From the NCBI GenBank assembly GCA_964615975.1, contig CAZTTH010000008.1, positions 13,814-77,813 of the forward strand: a stretch of DNA of 64,000 nt. Direction: 5' to 3'. The translations under genes and the position numbers were made by a program. Below the pieces are notes generated by a model. The model did not search any database, was not told where the DNA came from, and saw only the letters and a list, made by a program, of their open reading frames with translations. Origin of the DNA: an uncultured Lentisphaerales bacterium. GTDB taxonomy: Bacteria > Verrucomicrobiota > Lentisphaeria > JABSQK01 > JAJFLO01. Shown one piece after another: positions 17,538-27,460 of this stretch (position 1 is its first letter; each line of letters opens with the position of its first letter).

Positions 17538-20500
17538 TCATAATGATGCCGGCCGCGGGTGTATTATCATGCTTAACATCCGATCAAATTCAAATTTAAC
17601 CTTCTTGGAAAAATCTGCCTCAATCTGATAAACATCATTGAACTCGGCGAATGCCCAGCGGCCAAACGTGCCCAGGTTGTTCACACCGGGTACCCAGTAG
17701 GTTTCGATGGCGGACTTCTTATCCTTGGCATCCTCGCGGCGGTAGCCTTTGATCTCAACAATCAGATGGAGGAGATCGTCGGGCCCGTGGCCGTCATCCA
17801 CGCGCACGATAAAGTCCGGCAGATACTTGCGGATTTCAGAACCATGGCGATAGGGCACTTCGAGGCCGAGGTTGTGATTTTTGACGTAGGCATGAACTTT
17901 AGGGTGCGACTCGGCGACCCGGCAGAACTCGGCTTCCCAATCGCTGTCGAGGATAACCCAGTTGATATGGCAACTCTTGGAACTGGTTTCCCAGCGGTCA
18001 CGGCGCGAGGTGTTAAAGCGAACATGGGCCGTGGAGCCCGTGGGATTATAAGGGTCGAGCAGGGCTTTGATGGGACGTTCTCCGACGAAGGCGCGGGTAA
18101 TACCGGCAGTAATGCGTTCGCAAGCTATATCAGCGAGCATTTTGTATTTTAACTGCGCGGGGTAAGTTCTACCCTTGCAAATCAAGCAAGTGTCCAGCCA
18201 ATGCTTGGCAATCCGTTTCAATTGTCCGAAAAGATTAAAATGGGCAGACTGCCCCGGGTCACGCCAATGATTCAGAACGAGATGGGAAGTCAATTCAAAA
18301 AGAATTTGTGATGGACGCACCTCTCTAGTATGATCGAGAGTCAGGTCGACAGTTTGTCCAATTATTCCAGACTGACGAGTCGTTGTTGCACCAACCAACT
18401 CCGGGGTAAGCTCAAGAATCGAGTCTTGGTCAAATTGGGCAATTAGACGATCATCGGGCAATTCAACACGATAGCCTGCCACACGGGGGAAAATTATCTC
18501 CAGATGATTTCTCTCTGGGCTAATGGCTTTCACTCGGACGGTTTGCGGGGGTGGTTGTGGGGGAGAGATTACGGGCTGGGCTGTAAAGTTAAAGGGAATG
18601 CCAATAATATCAGCATATTCTACATTGAACAATCCTTTATCCGATCCTTCCTCATTTAGCCAATAGGACCATCGCCTCAGAGCTCGGCCGATGACCTGTT
18701 CACATAGTAGCTGAGTACCAAAAGCCCGAACTCCAAGTACATGAGTGACAGTGTTGGCATCCCAGCCCTCGGTAAGCATGGAAACTGAAACAACACAACG
18801 AATGTCACTACCAAGTGTCCCAGGTTTGCCCACAGTGTTCATAACTTCCCGCAATAGGGTTGTATCGTCGAAATCTTTTCCTTCCCTCAATTGCTCCGCC
18901 AAGGGGCCGCCTCTTTCCATAACTTGACTCTTGAACTGAGTAATTTCAGGGGCTGCAACTGCTCGGAAGTTATCATCGAAACCTTCCCCCGATTCCAATT
19001 GAGCGCTGTCGATGAGCAATGTGTATGGGCGAGTTAATGGGTTGCCGTGCTCGTCATGATTTCGGAATAGTTCGAGACGTCCACCCACAGGCTTGAAGCT
19101 TCCATCCTCCTGCAGTTGATCAAAGCCAGAAATGAAATCGTAGATTAGCTTCGAAACGGCCGTGTTCTGACAAACAATGATAAAGCATGGCGGAACCGGG
19201 ATCCCTCTTTCTCGCCAACACTGAAAAGTTTTGGAATAGTGGCCATAGAGTGCTTCGAGTGCGGTTTGAAGTAAGGGGGGCAGGCTCAAAGGGTCAAGTC
19301 TAGACTGACCGCGCTTTTTCTTTGGCATTTTCGAGCGCACGTTCTCCCACAGATTTCTGAATAACGGAACGTCAGCTCCGGGTATGTTGTCCGAGACTGG
19401 AACCCGAGGCAATTTCACGATTCCGCACTCAATTGCGTCCATGAGTGAAAAATCGCTCATCGTCCAGTGGAACATCGTACCTTCTCGATATCCAGAGCCA
19501 CGGAGAAAGAAAGGTGTTGCAGAAAGATCGATTACACGAAGAAGACCGATTTTGCGATTCACTTTCTCAAGTCCCGAAATCCAAAGTCGTGCCGCCTTGT
19601 TGTTCTCCGCAGCTTCTTCCCTGGCTTCTCTCAGTGCGTTGCCAGAAAGAGGATTACCTTCTGAATCAGTGAACTGACTGTCGTCTGCAGGTTTCTCACG
19701 ATAACAGTGATGTGCCTCGTCATTTATAACAAGGATATTTTTCATGCCCATGAGTTCGGGCATGACACGTTGAATCATCTGGCCTTCGGTCTCAAGTGTT
19801 AGCGGATCATCACCGGTTCGGCCCTTGAGGAGTTGACGGTTGCCTTTTGAAAGATTGGTGCGCTCCCGGAGTTTGAAGGCATGGTAGTTGGTGATGACAA
19901 TCTTGGCCTTCTTGAGATCGTCGAGCATATCATGCGGCACGAGTTCGCGGCTAGCATAATAGCTGTCAGGATCGTGGGGTTGGAGGACGCGCAGACGATC
20001 CTTGATGGTCAGACCGGGGGCGACGATGAGGAACCCACGGCTGAAATATTTGCTGCCAGGGCGGCGGACAGCATTGATGGTTTGCCAGGCGATAAGCATG
20101 GCCATAACGGTGGTCTTGCCAGCGCCGGTGGCCAGTTTCAGGGCGAAGCGCATGAGTTCAGGATTGGCATCCTGATTAGCGCTTGCCAGGTAATCGAGCA
20201 ATTGTTTACTGCTCTTATAAAAGGGAGCGACTTCGGTCAGCCAGATGGCGGTTTCGACCGCTTCAATCTGACAGAAGAACGGGCGGAAGTCGCCGAATTT
20301 ATGGTGACGCCAGTGCTGCAGCAGGCGGGTTGTCTCGGGGCTAACCTGCCATTGGCCGGGATTGGACAACGCCCGCCAGGCATTCACATGGCGGCGAACT
20401 TCATTGATGTTGGACGTAGGATCGTATTGCTGATCCTTGGTCGAAAGCCCCTGGCCTTCGTCGAATACGAATTCTTCCTGAGCGGCGGATTGCTTCCGCT

Positions 20501-20654
20501 TCTTCGGTTTGGGAATAGGAGTGATAAACTCAGCCCGGCGACGACTCAGCATGATCCGCTGTGTCGGTTGTCCAGATTTATCCAATTCCCAGTGTCGACT
20601 TGGACACTCATAAGGCGAGTTGAGGATGGGGTGGTCGAAGAAGGGATTGGACAT
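17538..20654 (-). CDS. res: Type III-like restriction enzyme Res subunit (SF2 helicase with DEAH box, C-terminal PD-(D/E)xK-like nuclease region)
   Basis: Walker A GAGKT and VINDEAHH are present. The C-terminus carries DFIVRVDD...EIKGY. The last ~20 aa (VYQIEADFSKKVKFEFDRM) copy a segment of the RhuM C-terminus. Confidence 0.7.
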   Translation of the reverse strand: MSNPFFDHPILNSPYECPSRHWELDKSGQPTQRIMLSRRRAEFITPIPKPKKRKQSAAQEEFVFDEGQGLSTKDQQYDPTSNINEVRRHVNAWRALSNPGQWQVSPETTRLLQHWRHHKFGDFRPFFCQIEAVETAIWLTEVAPFYKSSKQLLDYLASANQDANPELMRFALKLATGAGKTTVMAMLIAWQTINAVRRPGSKYFSRGFLIVAPGLTIKDRLRVLQPHDPDSYYASRELVPHDMLDDLKKAKIVITNYHAFKLRERTNLSKGNRQLLKGRTGDDPLTLETEGQMIQRVMPELMGMKNILVINDEAHHCYREKPADDSQFTDSEGNPLSGNALREAREEAAENNKAARLWISGLEKVNRKIGLLRVIDLSATPFFLRGSGYREGTMFHWTMSDFSLMDAIECGIVKLPRVPVSDNIPGADVPLFRNLWENVRSKMPKKKRGQSRLDPLSLPPLLQTALEALYGHYSKTFQCWRERGIPVPPCFIIVCQNTAVSKLIYDFISGFDQLQEDGSFKPVGGRLELFRNHDEHGNPLTRPYTLLIDSAQLESGEGFDDNFRAVAAPEITQFKSQVMERGGPLAEQLREGKDFDDTTLLREVMNTVGKPGTLGSDIRCVVSVSMLTEGWDANTVTHVLGVRAFGTQLLCEQVIGRALRRWSYWLNEEGSDKGLFNVEYADIIGIPFNFTAQPVISPPQPPPQTVRVKAISPERNHLEIIFPRVAGYRVELPDDRLIAQFDQDSILELTPELVGATTTRQSGIIGQTVDLTLDHTREVRPSQILFELTSHLVLNHWRDPGQSAHFNLFGQLKRIAKHWLDTCLICKGRTYPAQLKYKMLADIACERITAGITRAFVGERPIKALLDPYNPTGSTAHVRFNTSRRDRWETSSKSCHINWVILDSDWEAEFCRVAESHPKVHAYVKNHNLGLEVPYRHGSEIRKYLPDFIVRVDDGHGPDDLLHLIVEIKGYRREDAKDKKSAIETYWVPGVNNLGTFGRWAFAEFNDVYQIEADFSKKVKFEFDRMLSMIIHPRPASL

Positions 20655-20949
20655 TGATGAATAAGATTTTATTAGCGTATTAGAATCTTGTCAGAAATCG
20701 AGAACTCGATTAATAGAACTTGTAGTGTTGACAAATAAAAGATCACGTTAAAATCTTGTTCGACTTCCCATGACGTATAGCGAATACATTGGGGAGAAAA
20801 ATGCATGGAAAGTTGATATACAATGTCACAAACGGCAAGGATGCCGATGATACAAACAGCGATCCTCTATATTGGCAATATAGGCGCGCGACGTGATGTT
20901 CATGGAATGCTGACCCAGAACAAACTAGAGAGGGGAAAGCATTATTGTT

Positions 20950-21410
20950 AAATTCATCGGCGGGTGTAAGCCGGATTCTGTCCTCTGGTGGTAACGCCGT
21001 GTTGATCATGACGGTTAAGCCATGAATCAACGCGGCTCCCAGAGTAACGACCATTTATCTGCGCGGTCTACCCGGAACTTATATCTTGCGAAACGGCACG
21101 GGCCGCGCCTTGTTCCCTATTTGACCTTGCTCCAGGATGGGTTTACCCTGCGATTCGGCTTGCGCCGGAATCCGGTGGGCTCTTACCCCACCATTTCACC
21201 CTTACCCCATCTTCACCGCCGGCAGGATGGTTCGCATCCCGCCGGCGGTGAAGATGAGGCGGTATATTTTCTGTGGCACTTTCCTGACCGAGGCGTCTGG
21301 TCCTCGATATCCGGGATTGCTCCCGGATTCCTCGCCCTGTGGAGTCCGGACTTTCCTCCATTTCAGGTGATGATCCTGAAACAGCGACCGTTCCCCGCCG
21401 ATGAAATTTG
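20950..21410 (-). ncRNA. rnpB: RNase P RNA, bacterial type A
   Basis: Minus strand reads GGAGGAAAGTCCGGACTCC, ..AGGAAAGTGCCACAGAAAATATACCGCC.., GGTAAGGGTGAAATGGTGGGGTAAGAGCCCACC and ..GACAGAATCCGGCTTACACCCGCC. The P1 pairing is ttcatcggcggg / cccgccgatgaa. Ends are approximate. Confidence 0.8.
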
Positions 21411-21432
21411 TAAACATGATAAGGATTCTCCG

Positions 21433-22356
21433 CTATTTCAGCGGCGCTTCGATGCGTTCGACCGTTTCGACCTGAATCAGTGGTCGCGGCCAGCCTTTGA
21501 TCCAGCTTTCTTCGCCAGTGATTTCAACCTGTTTTCCCAGATGAACGGCCAGATCACCGTTGGGCATACTTAAATATGCCAGTGGATAATAGCGTTGATT
21601 GATGGCGATTGCCAGAGCGTATATCGAGCGTTGCTCACCCAGCTTCAACGTAATCAGCTCCCCCTGCCTGGTTACTGATCGCGGCGTTCCCACCGGAATC
21701 GTTTCCGCGGGAAGCGCCGCGGGCACCAAAGGATCAACGATCATGCCATCCCTTAGAGTCGCCGGCGCCACGGTTTGTTCTACCAATTGTTTGCTCAAAT
21801 CGTGCCCCTGTTCATCACGGGATTGGGATTTCCAGCTCTTGTCGCGCCGCATCGATTCCCGATCAACGGTTATGAAACTGGCGTTGACCCAGACAATCGT
21901 ATCTGCCGGCGGTTTTATATGCACCCAGCGATGGCCGACTCGATTGAGGATTTCAACGATATCATCCTTTGACAAGGTTAAATAAGCGGAAAACAATTCC
22001 CCCGGTCCGGCATATACAGGCGTGTGGTCATTAATGACCCGATTATCGGCGAGACGATCGGCGGCGATCCAGGTTTCAGTGTTGGTTGGCGCGGCGATGC
22101 CATACCAGTCATCGACAAGGCGTTTGATTTCCACCTCCGCTCCTTTTTCCAGCACACAGACGACTTCCGATTGAATACCTGCCTGGGCGCGCACATTCAA
22201 TTTATTGGAATTGACAATGCCCTTGAAGGGAAACGCGTAACGCGCCTCAGGATCAGCCGGCTCCGCACCGGAAACCAGCGCTACCATGCAGTAAAGTGAT
22301 AGGATGATGACCGCCAGCAGTGCCGGTTTGATGAGATTTTTTATCGCTCTAGACAT
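21433..22356 (-). CDS. Secreted SH3b-domain protein
   Basis: Signal-peptide-like N-terminus and two SH3b-like repeats (KLNVRAQAG...VVCVLEKGAEVEI). Confidence 0.5.
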   Translation of the reverse strand: MSRAIKNLIKPALLAVIILSLYCMVALVSGAEPADPEARYAFPFKGIVNSNKLNVRAQAGIQSEVVCVLEKGAEVEIKRLVDDWYGIAAPTNTETWIAADRLADNRVINDHTPVYAGPGELFSAYLTLSKDDIVEILNRVGHRWVHIKPPADTIVWVNASFITVDRESMRRDKSWKSQSRDEQGHDLSKQLVEQTVAPATLRDGMIVDPLVPAALPAETIPVGTPRSVTRQGELITLKLGEQRSIYALAIAINQRYYPLAYLSMPNGDLAVHLGKQVEITGEESWIKGWPRPLIQVETVERIEAPLK

Positions 22357-22370
22357 AACTACTCCCTAAT

Positions 22371-24143
22371 TTAATTAAGCACCGCCTTGATGCGGCGGAC
22401 CCCGCGGCTGGAACTTTCTTCCTTGAGAATTTTGAATTGACCCAGTTCCGCGGAATTTTGCACATGAGGACCCCCGCAAATTTCCATGCTGAAATCGCCG
22501 ATGGTATAGACACTGACCACCTCGCCATATTTTTCTTCAAACAATCCAATCGCGCCTTGTTTTTTGGCTTCGCTGACACTGGTCTCGCTCCGCGACACGG
22601 GTAAGCCGCGGCGGATTTGCTCATTCACGATCGTTTCCACCTGTTTGAGCTGTTGTTCATCCATCTTATCGGGATGGGAAAAATCGAAACGCAATCGATC
22701 GGCAGTGATGTTCGAACCTTTTTGGGCGACATGATCCCCCAATACCATTCGCAATGCCTTATGGAGAAGATGAGTGGCGGTATGCAGCCGTGTCGTCGCA
22801 TCGGAATGATCGGCCAGCCCCCCCTTGAATTTCTTTTCCGCCCCTTCCCGGGATAACGCCTGATGTTTTTTGAATTCTTCGTAAAATTCCGCTTCGGCCA
22901 CAGCATAACCCTTATCCCGCGCGATTTCTCGAACCAGCTCCAAGGGGAACCCATAAGTTTGATAAAGATCGAATGCCTGGATCCCAGAGATGGTTTTCTG
23001 ACTGGCGATGGCGTTGTTTGATTGTAATAACTTATTCAATTCATATAGTCCCTTGTCCAGGGTTTTCTTGAACTGCGCTTCCTCCGTCTCCAGGGTGTCA
23101 TAAATCTCGACGGCGCGGGATTCCAAATCCGGATGATCGGGGGTGTATTGGGTGATCACTGCTTCTGCCAGTGATCGGGTAAAGTGCCCATCGATGCCCA
23201 ATTGCCGCCCTTCGCGGATGGCACGGCGGATCAACCGCCGCAGCACATAACCCTGATCCACATTGGCGGGAACGATACCGGTGGTGATAATAAACACCGC
23301 GGCGCGCAGATGCTCGACCACGATTCTCCCACCCCTGCTCTGCCGGGGATTGTGAGCGGAAATAAACGATTGCAAGCGCTCGAACAAGGGGGTGAATAGT
23401 TCGGTATCGTAGACGCTTGATTTCCCTTGCAGAATCGCGGTTACCCGCTCGACTCCCATGCCGGTATCGACATTTTTCTGGCTCAGAGGAACATACAATC
23501 CATCCGGAGTCTTGTTGTACTCCATGAACACATCATTCCAAATCTCCACCCAGCGGGAATCATCGGGATCAAAGTTTTCTGGAGGAGAGCCGCCGCCTGT
23601 CCAATAAAACATTTCAGTATCCGGACCACATGGTCCGGTTTGTCCCGCCGGTCCCCACCAGTTGTCTTCCTTGCCCAGTCGGGCAAGGCGTGCTTCCGGG
23701 ATCCCGAGAGACCGCCAGCAGTCATAAGCGAATTGATCGAAAGCGGCGTCGTTGTCACCGGCAAAAACCGAGACCGCCATCCGCGCTGGCGGCAATCCGA
23801 GAAATTTTTCGGAGGTTAAAAATTCGTAACTGAAGGAAATAGCTTCTTTCTTGAAATAATCCCCCAGCGACCAGTTCCCCAACATTTCGAAATAGGTCAA
23901 ATGGGTTTCATCGCCAACGCTGTCGATATCGCCGGTACGAACGCATTTCTGGACATTAACTAGGCGATTGCCGGCAGGATGTTTCTGTCCCATGAGGTAA
24001 GGGACAAGCGGATGCATCCCGGCCGTGGTAAACAGACAGGTGGGATCGTTTTCCGGAACCAGGGAAGCACTCTTGATGGGGGCGTGATCGTGCTGGCGAA
24101 AAAATTCGATGTACTTCTTTTTTAATTCTGATGCGGTGATCAT
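22371..24143 (-). CDS. alaS: Alanine--tRNA ligase, short form (590 aa; catalytic plus editing region, no C-Ala tail)
   Basis: KCVRTGDID..FEMLGNWSLGDYFK, and the editing-domain HxxxH...CGGPHV motifs. Confidence 0.8.
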   Translation of the reverse strand: MITASELKKKYIEFFRQHDHAPIKSASLVPENDPTCLFTTAGMHPLVPYLMGQKHPAGNRLVNVQKCVRTGDIDSVGDETHLTYFEMLGNWSLGDYFKKEAISFSYEFLTSEKFLGLPPARMAVSVFAGDNDAAFDQFAYDCWRSLGIPEARLARLGKEDNWWGPAGQTGPCGPDTEMFYWTGGGSPPENFDPDDSRWVEIWNDVFMEYNKTPDGLYVPLSQKNVDTGMGVERVTAILQGKSSVYDTELFTPLFERLQSFISAHNPRQSRGGRIVVEHLRAAVFIITTGIVPANVDQGYVLRRLIRRAIREGRQLGIDGHFTRSLAEAVITQYTPDHPDLESRAVEIYDTLETEEAQFKKTLDKGLYELNKLLQSNNAIASQKTISGIQAFDLYQTYGFPLELVREIARDKGYAVAEAEFYEEFKKHQALSREGAEKKFKGGLADHSDATTRLHTATHLLHKALRMVLGDHVAQKGSNITADRLRFDFSHPDKMDEQQLKQVETIVNEQIRRGLPVSRSETSVSEAKKQGAIGLFEEKYGEVVSVYTIGDFSMEICGGPHVQNSAELGQFKILKEESSSRGVRRIKAVLN

Positions 24144-24230
24144 GTGATAAACGTTAGATATAAGATTAGTGATTTAGGATTTGGTTAATCAAATCAATAG
24201 AATCAGCCTTTTCGATAACCATCGGCAAGG

Positions 24231-24860
24231 TTACTCCGACCTGACAACATACTCCGGGGTTCCCTCCCTGACTTCATCGATAAGTTCATCGGGAGGAACG
24301 GGGAAGTTAAACACCTTCGTCAAATCGATTTCCAGTCCCGGAAACGAGGGGCTTGTCAATCGTTCGTCCTGACCATAACCCTGATGTATCCGATAGCTCG
24401 CGCCGTCCAACAGCAGGATTTCAACCAACGCGGGATACGGGGTTACCAGCCAATATTCCTTGATCCCAAATTTGGCATACACAAAAGTTTTTCGCAATCG
24501 GTCATGCCGTTGCGTGGATGGAGAAAGGATTTCAACAACCAGAGCGGGGGGCCCTTCGATATGAGTTTCCTTGATTTGCCTGGGATCGCATACGACCAAT
24601 AGATCCGGTTGAACAATGTCTTGATTTGAAAGTTTTACATCGACTGGTGATATCAATAATTCGCAAGACTTTTTAGCAAAATATGATCGCATCTCAATAA
24701 ATAACTCTCGGACTATCCGCTGATGTCGGATCATTGGCGCCGGAGACATGTTGAACGCTTCACCGTCAATGAGTTCCCAGCGCTGTCCATCATCCCAATG
24801 GCAATAATCTGCCCAGTTATAATGTGTTAAGTTGCGCACTGCATCCATAAAACCAACCAT
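24231..24860 (-). CDS. Uma2-family (DUF820) putative endonuclease
   Basis: Family-typical length and PD-(D/E)xK-like core (..PDLLVVCD...VVEILSPST). Confidence 0.6.
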   Translation of the reverse strand: MVGFMDAVRNLTHYNWADYCHWDDGQRWELIDGEAFNMSPAPMIRHQRIVRELFIEMRSYFAKKSCELLISPVDVKLSNQDIVQPDLLVVCDPRQIKETHIEGPPALVVEILSPSTQRHDRLRKTFVYAKFGIKEYWLVTPYPALVEILLLDGASYRIHQGYGQDERLTSPSFPGLEIDLTKVFNFPVPPDELIDEVREGTPEYVVRSE

Positions 24861-24886
24861 TTATATTGTCGTCTATTAACTTAAAA

Positions 24887-25987
24887 TTATTCGCGCTGAA
24901 AACTGCCGTCTTCCACGCTAAATACTGCCGCCGGCTGCAAACGCTCGATCCAATGACGGTCGGTGCAGGTGACAAAGGCCTGCGGCGCCAGGCGCAATAT
25001 TTCCAGGAAGATCTCCTGACGGCGGGCATCCAGTTCATTCAGAACATCATCGACCAGATAGATGATACACTCTCGGTTTTTACTGTTTACTAATAATTGA
25101 CCGATGGCAAATTTCAACGCCAGCATCGCCAGACGGCATTGCCCTTGTGAGCCATAAAACCGCAGTGATACATCATCCATGACAATGGCAAAATCTTCGC
25201 GCTGAGGACCGCTTTGAGTATAGCCATTGCGACGATCACTATCCTCATTGTCTTTGAGGGTCCGCGCATAGGCGATTGCCAGATGATCCTCATTAATTTT
25301 TTTTATCTCGGCAGCGCAGGAAAATTGATAGTCGAGGATAATCCGATGGTGATCGACGATCCGATAATCCGTTTCTGCCAGTTGACGATTTATCTGCTGA
25401 CACACCTGATAACGCCGCAAGGCTATGGCGGCGCTCTTGCGCGTCAGTAATCCATCGAAAGCTGTCAGGCTCTCATTGTCGGGAGGATATTGGCGCAAGA
25501 GAATGTTACGCGACTTCAAACTGTGCGAGTAATCATTAAGCAAAAAAATATACTCGGGATGAATGAGCGCGGTAATCAGATCGATGAAACGGCGGCGATC
25601 AACACCGGTTCCCTGGACAACACGCAAATCCTGAGGAACAAATGCGACAGAGAGAAAATTATTGATATAATCACTGGCACGCCCAACCGCGGCGCCGGCG
25701 ATGGTCAATTGCGTCGTTTGACCAAACTTGATGGAAACCTGCTGGCTGATTCCACGATCATTGAACCGGGCATGAAGGGCAAAATTATCCCGTTGCCAGC
25801 GGCTTAAATTTTGTGTACCGGAACCACGAAAAGAACGTAAATAACAGATAAAATGGATGGCTTCGATGAGATTGGTTTTACCCTGTCCATTGGCGCCGAG
25901 AATCAGATTGATGCCGGGGACGGTTGTGATCGCCGCATTCTCGAGATTGCGAAAATCAACCGGTGTTATTTCTTCGAGTATTCCCAT
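24887..25987 (-). CDS. recF: DNA replication and repair protein RecF
   Basis: Walker A GANGQGKTN and an ABC-type signature near the C-terminus (LSGGQ-like YGSQGQ). Confidence 0.85.
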   Translation of the reverse strand: MGILEEITPVDFRNLENAAITTVPGINLILGANGQGKTNLIEAIHFICYLRSFRGSGTQNLSRWQRDNFALHARFNDRGISQQVSIKFGQTTQLTIAGAAVGRASDYINNFLSVAFVPQDLRVVQGTGVDRRRFIDLITALIHPEYIFLLNDYSHSLKSRNILLRQYPPDNESLTAFDGLLTRKSAAIALRRYQVCQQINRQLAETDYRIVDHHRIILDYQFSCAAEIKKINEDHLAIAYARTLKDNEDSDRRNGYTQSGPQREDFAIVMDDVSLRFYGSQGQCRLAMLALKFAIGQLLVNSKNRECIIYLVDDVLNELDARRQEIFLEILRLAPQAFVTCTDRHWIERLQPAAVFSVEDGSFQRE

Positions 25988-26004
25988 GATCAGACAGGCT
26001 CACA

Positions 26005-26502
26005 TCAAACAAATTTCAGCAAATCTTCGAGATTGAGACGACGGGTGAACATGGCCAGTCGGCCATCGGTCGTGCGCGGCCAAAACTCTGGTGGACGATC
26101 CCAGTATAGCTCCACGCCATTGCGGTCGGGATCGCGCAAATATAATGCTTCACTCACTCCGTGGTCGGACGCGCCATCGAGTTTAATATCCGCCTTTATC
26201 AGCCGGCAGTAGGCATCGGCCAGGAGGGCACGGGAAGGATATAATATGGCCAGATGATACAGGCCGGTGGCATTATTGGGAGGAGGTTTCCCGCCCTGGC
26301 TCTCCCAGGTATTCAACCCGATATGATGATGGTAACCGCCCGCGGAGATAAATACCGCATCCTGCCCATAACGCTGCATTTCCTGAAAGCCAAGAACACC
26401 GCAATAAAAAGCCAAAGACCGATCAAGATCGGCTACCTTGAGATGGATGTGACCGATACGCACACCGGCATCGATTGGAGTATCCATGTCGATATCGGGC
26501 AT
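26005..26502 (-). CDS. VOC (glyoxalase/dioxygenase superfamily) protein
   Basis: HIHLKVADLDRSLAFYCGVLGF is a VOC N-terminal beta-alpha-beta-beta-beta module. Confidence 0.55.
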   Translation of the reverse strand: MPDIDMDTPIDAGVRIGHIHLKVADLDRSLAFYCGVLGFQEMQRYGQDAVFISAGGYHHHIGLNTWESQGGKPPPNNATGLYHLAILYPSRALLADAYCRLIKADIKLDGASDHGVSEALYLRDPDRNGVELYWDRPPEFWPRTTDGRLAMFTRRLNLEDLLKFV

Positions 26503-26752
26503 AAATAGTTTCCTTATATGCTGAGTGATGTTTTACTTAATGTTTTATGATTGGAATCGCTCCAAACTGACGATTGAATTTTTGTTTATATCCCAACGCG
26601 GCAAAACCATAAACAAACTAAATTTTTTCTGAAATGGTAAATGTTTTGTTTTTGAAAGAATATCCGTGTGCCTCCGATTCATTATCAGTGTTCATCCGCG
26701 CGATCCGTGGTTAAATTTTCTTAATTTTAAGCAGAAGTTTGTAAATATGCGT

Positions 26753-27391
26753 CTAACCGCCAGTCAATGACAACAGTAGCGTCCGCACATAATTGACTTC
26801 ATCCTGATTGATCACATGATTTGCACCAGGATAGATTCGTTCCGTTACACTCGCACCCATTCTCTGAAAAACCGTGCTAGACTCACGAACGCGTTGCACG
26901 GGGATATGCGGATCATTGTCGCTGCAACCAAGAAAAACCGGGGTCCCCAATAAGTTGCCCGGATAGTTAACCAATGTCCCGATCGGCCCAAAAAGACCGC
27001 CGCTCAACCCGACGATCCCGCCATATCGGCAGGGATAACGCGCCGCGAATTCCAAGGACAAACACGCGCCTTGTGAGAATCCCAGGACAACTATCTTTTC
27101 CCTGGGTATTCCGGCGGCTTCCACTGATTCGACCAACTTGTGTATCACCATAATACCTGATGAAATACCGGGTTCATTTTCAGGTATGGGGCGAATAAAA
27201 TTATATGGGTACCAGGTGCGGGAACTGGCCTGTGGCGCCAAATAAGAAAGGTTAATTTCCTTAAACTGATTTGCGAACTTTAACATATTTTCAGCTGTTG
27301 AACCGCGCCCATGGATCATGATCATCGCAGCCGTGGCTGATTCCAACGGTTCACCCCGGCGTAAAATCAGTTGTCCTTCATGTGGTTTCAT
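26753..27391 (-). CDS. Phospholipase/carboxylesterase-family alpha/beta hydrolase (MhqD-like)
   Basis: GFSQGA nucleophile elbow, 212 aa. Confidence 0.6.
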   Translation of the reverse strand: MKPHEGQLILRRGEPLESATAAMIMIHGRGSTAENMLKFANQFKEINLSYLAPQASSRTWYPYNFIRPIPENEPGISSGIMVIHKLVESVEAAGIPREKIVVLGFSQGACLSLEFAARYPCRYGGIVGLSGGLFGPIGTLVNYPGNLLGTPVFLGCSDNDPHIPVQRVRESSTVFQRMGASVTERIYPGANHVINQDEVNYVRTLLLSLTGG

Positions 27392-27460
27392 GTTTTACTC
27401 CCTAAAATTTCGCTGGCAGTTAAGATCATCTATAGATGAATCACCCTGAGTATGTCTGGG

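Noticed and set aside
20683-20760. Sigma70-like promoter for res (CTGACA-17-TAAAAT on minus strand)
   Set aside because: The spacing to the ATG is only ~11 nt and there is no SD, so it is too speculative to annotate as a feature.
21022-21573. 183-aa + strand ORF (and several 70-100-aa ORFs on both strands, 20743-21417)
   Set aside because: They lie entirely over the RNase P RNA gene. The translations are low-complexity readings of a structured RNA.
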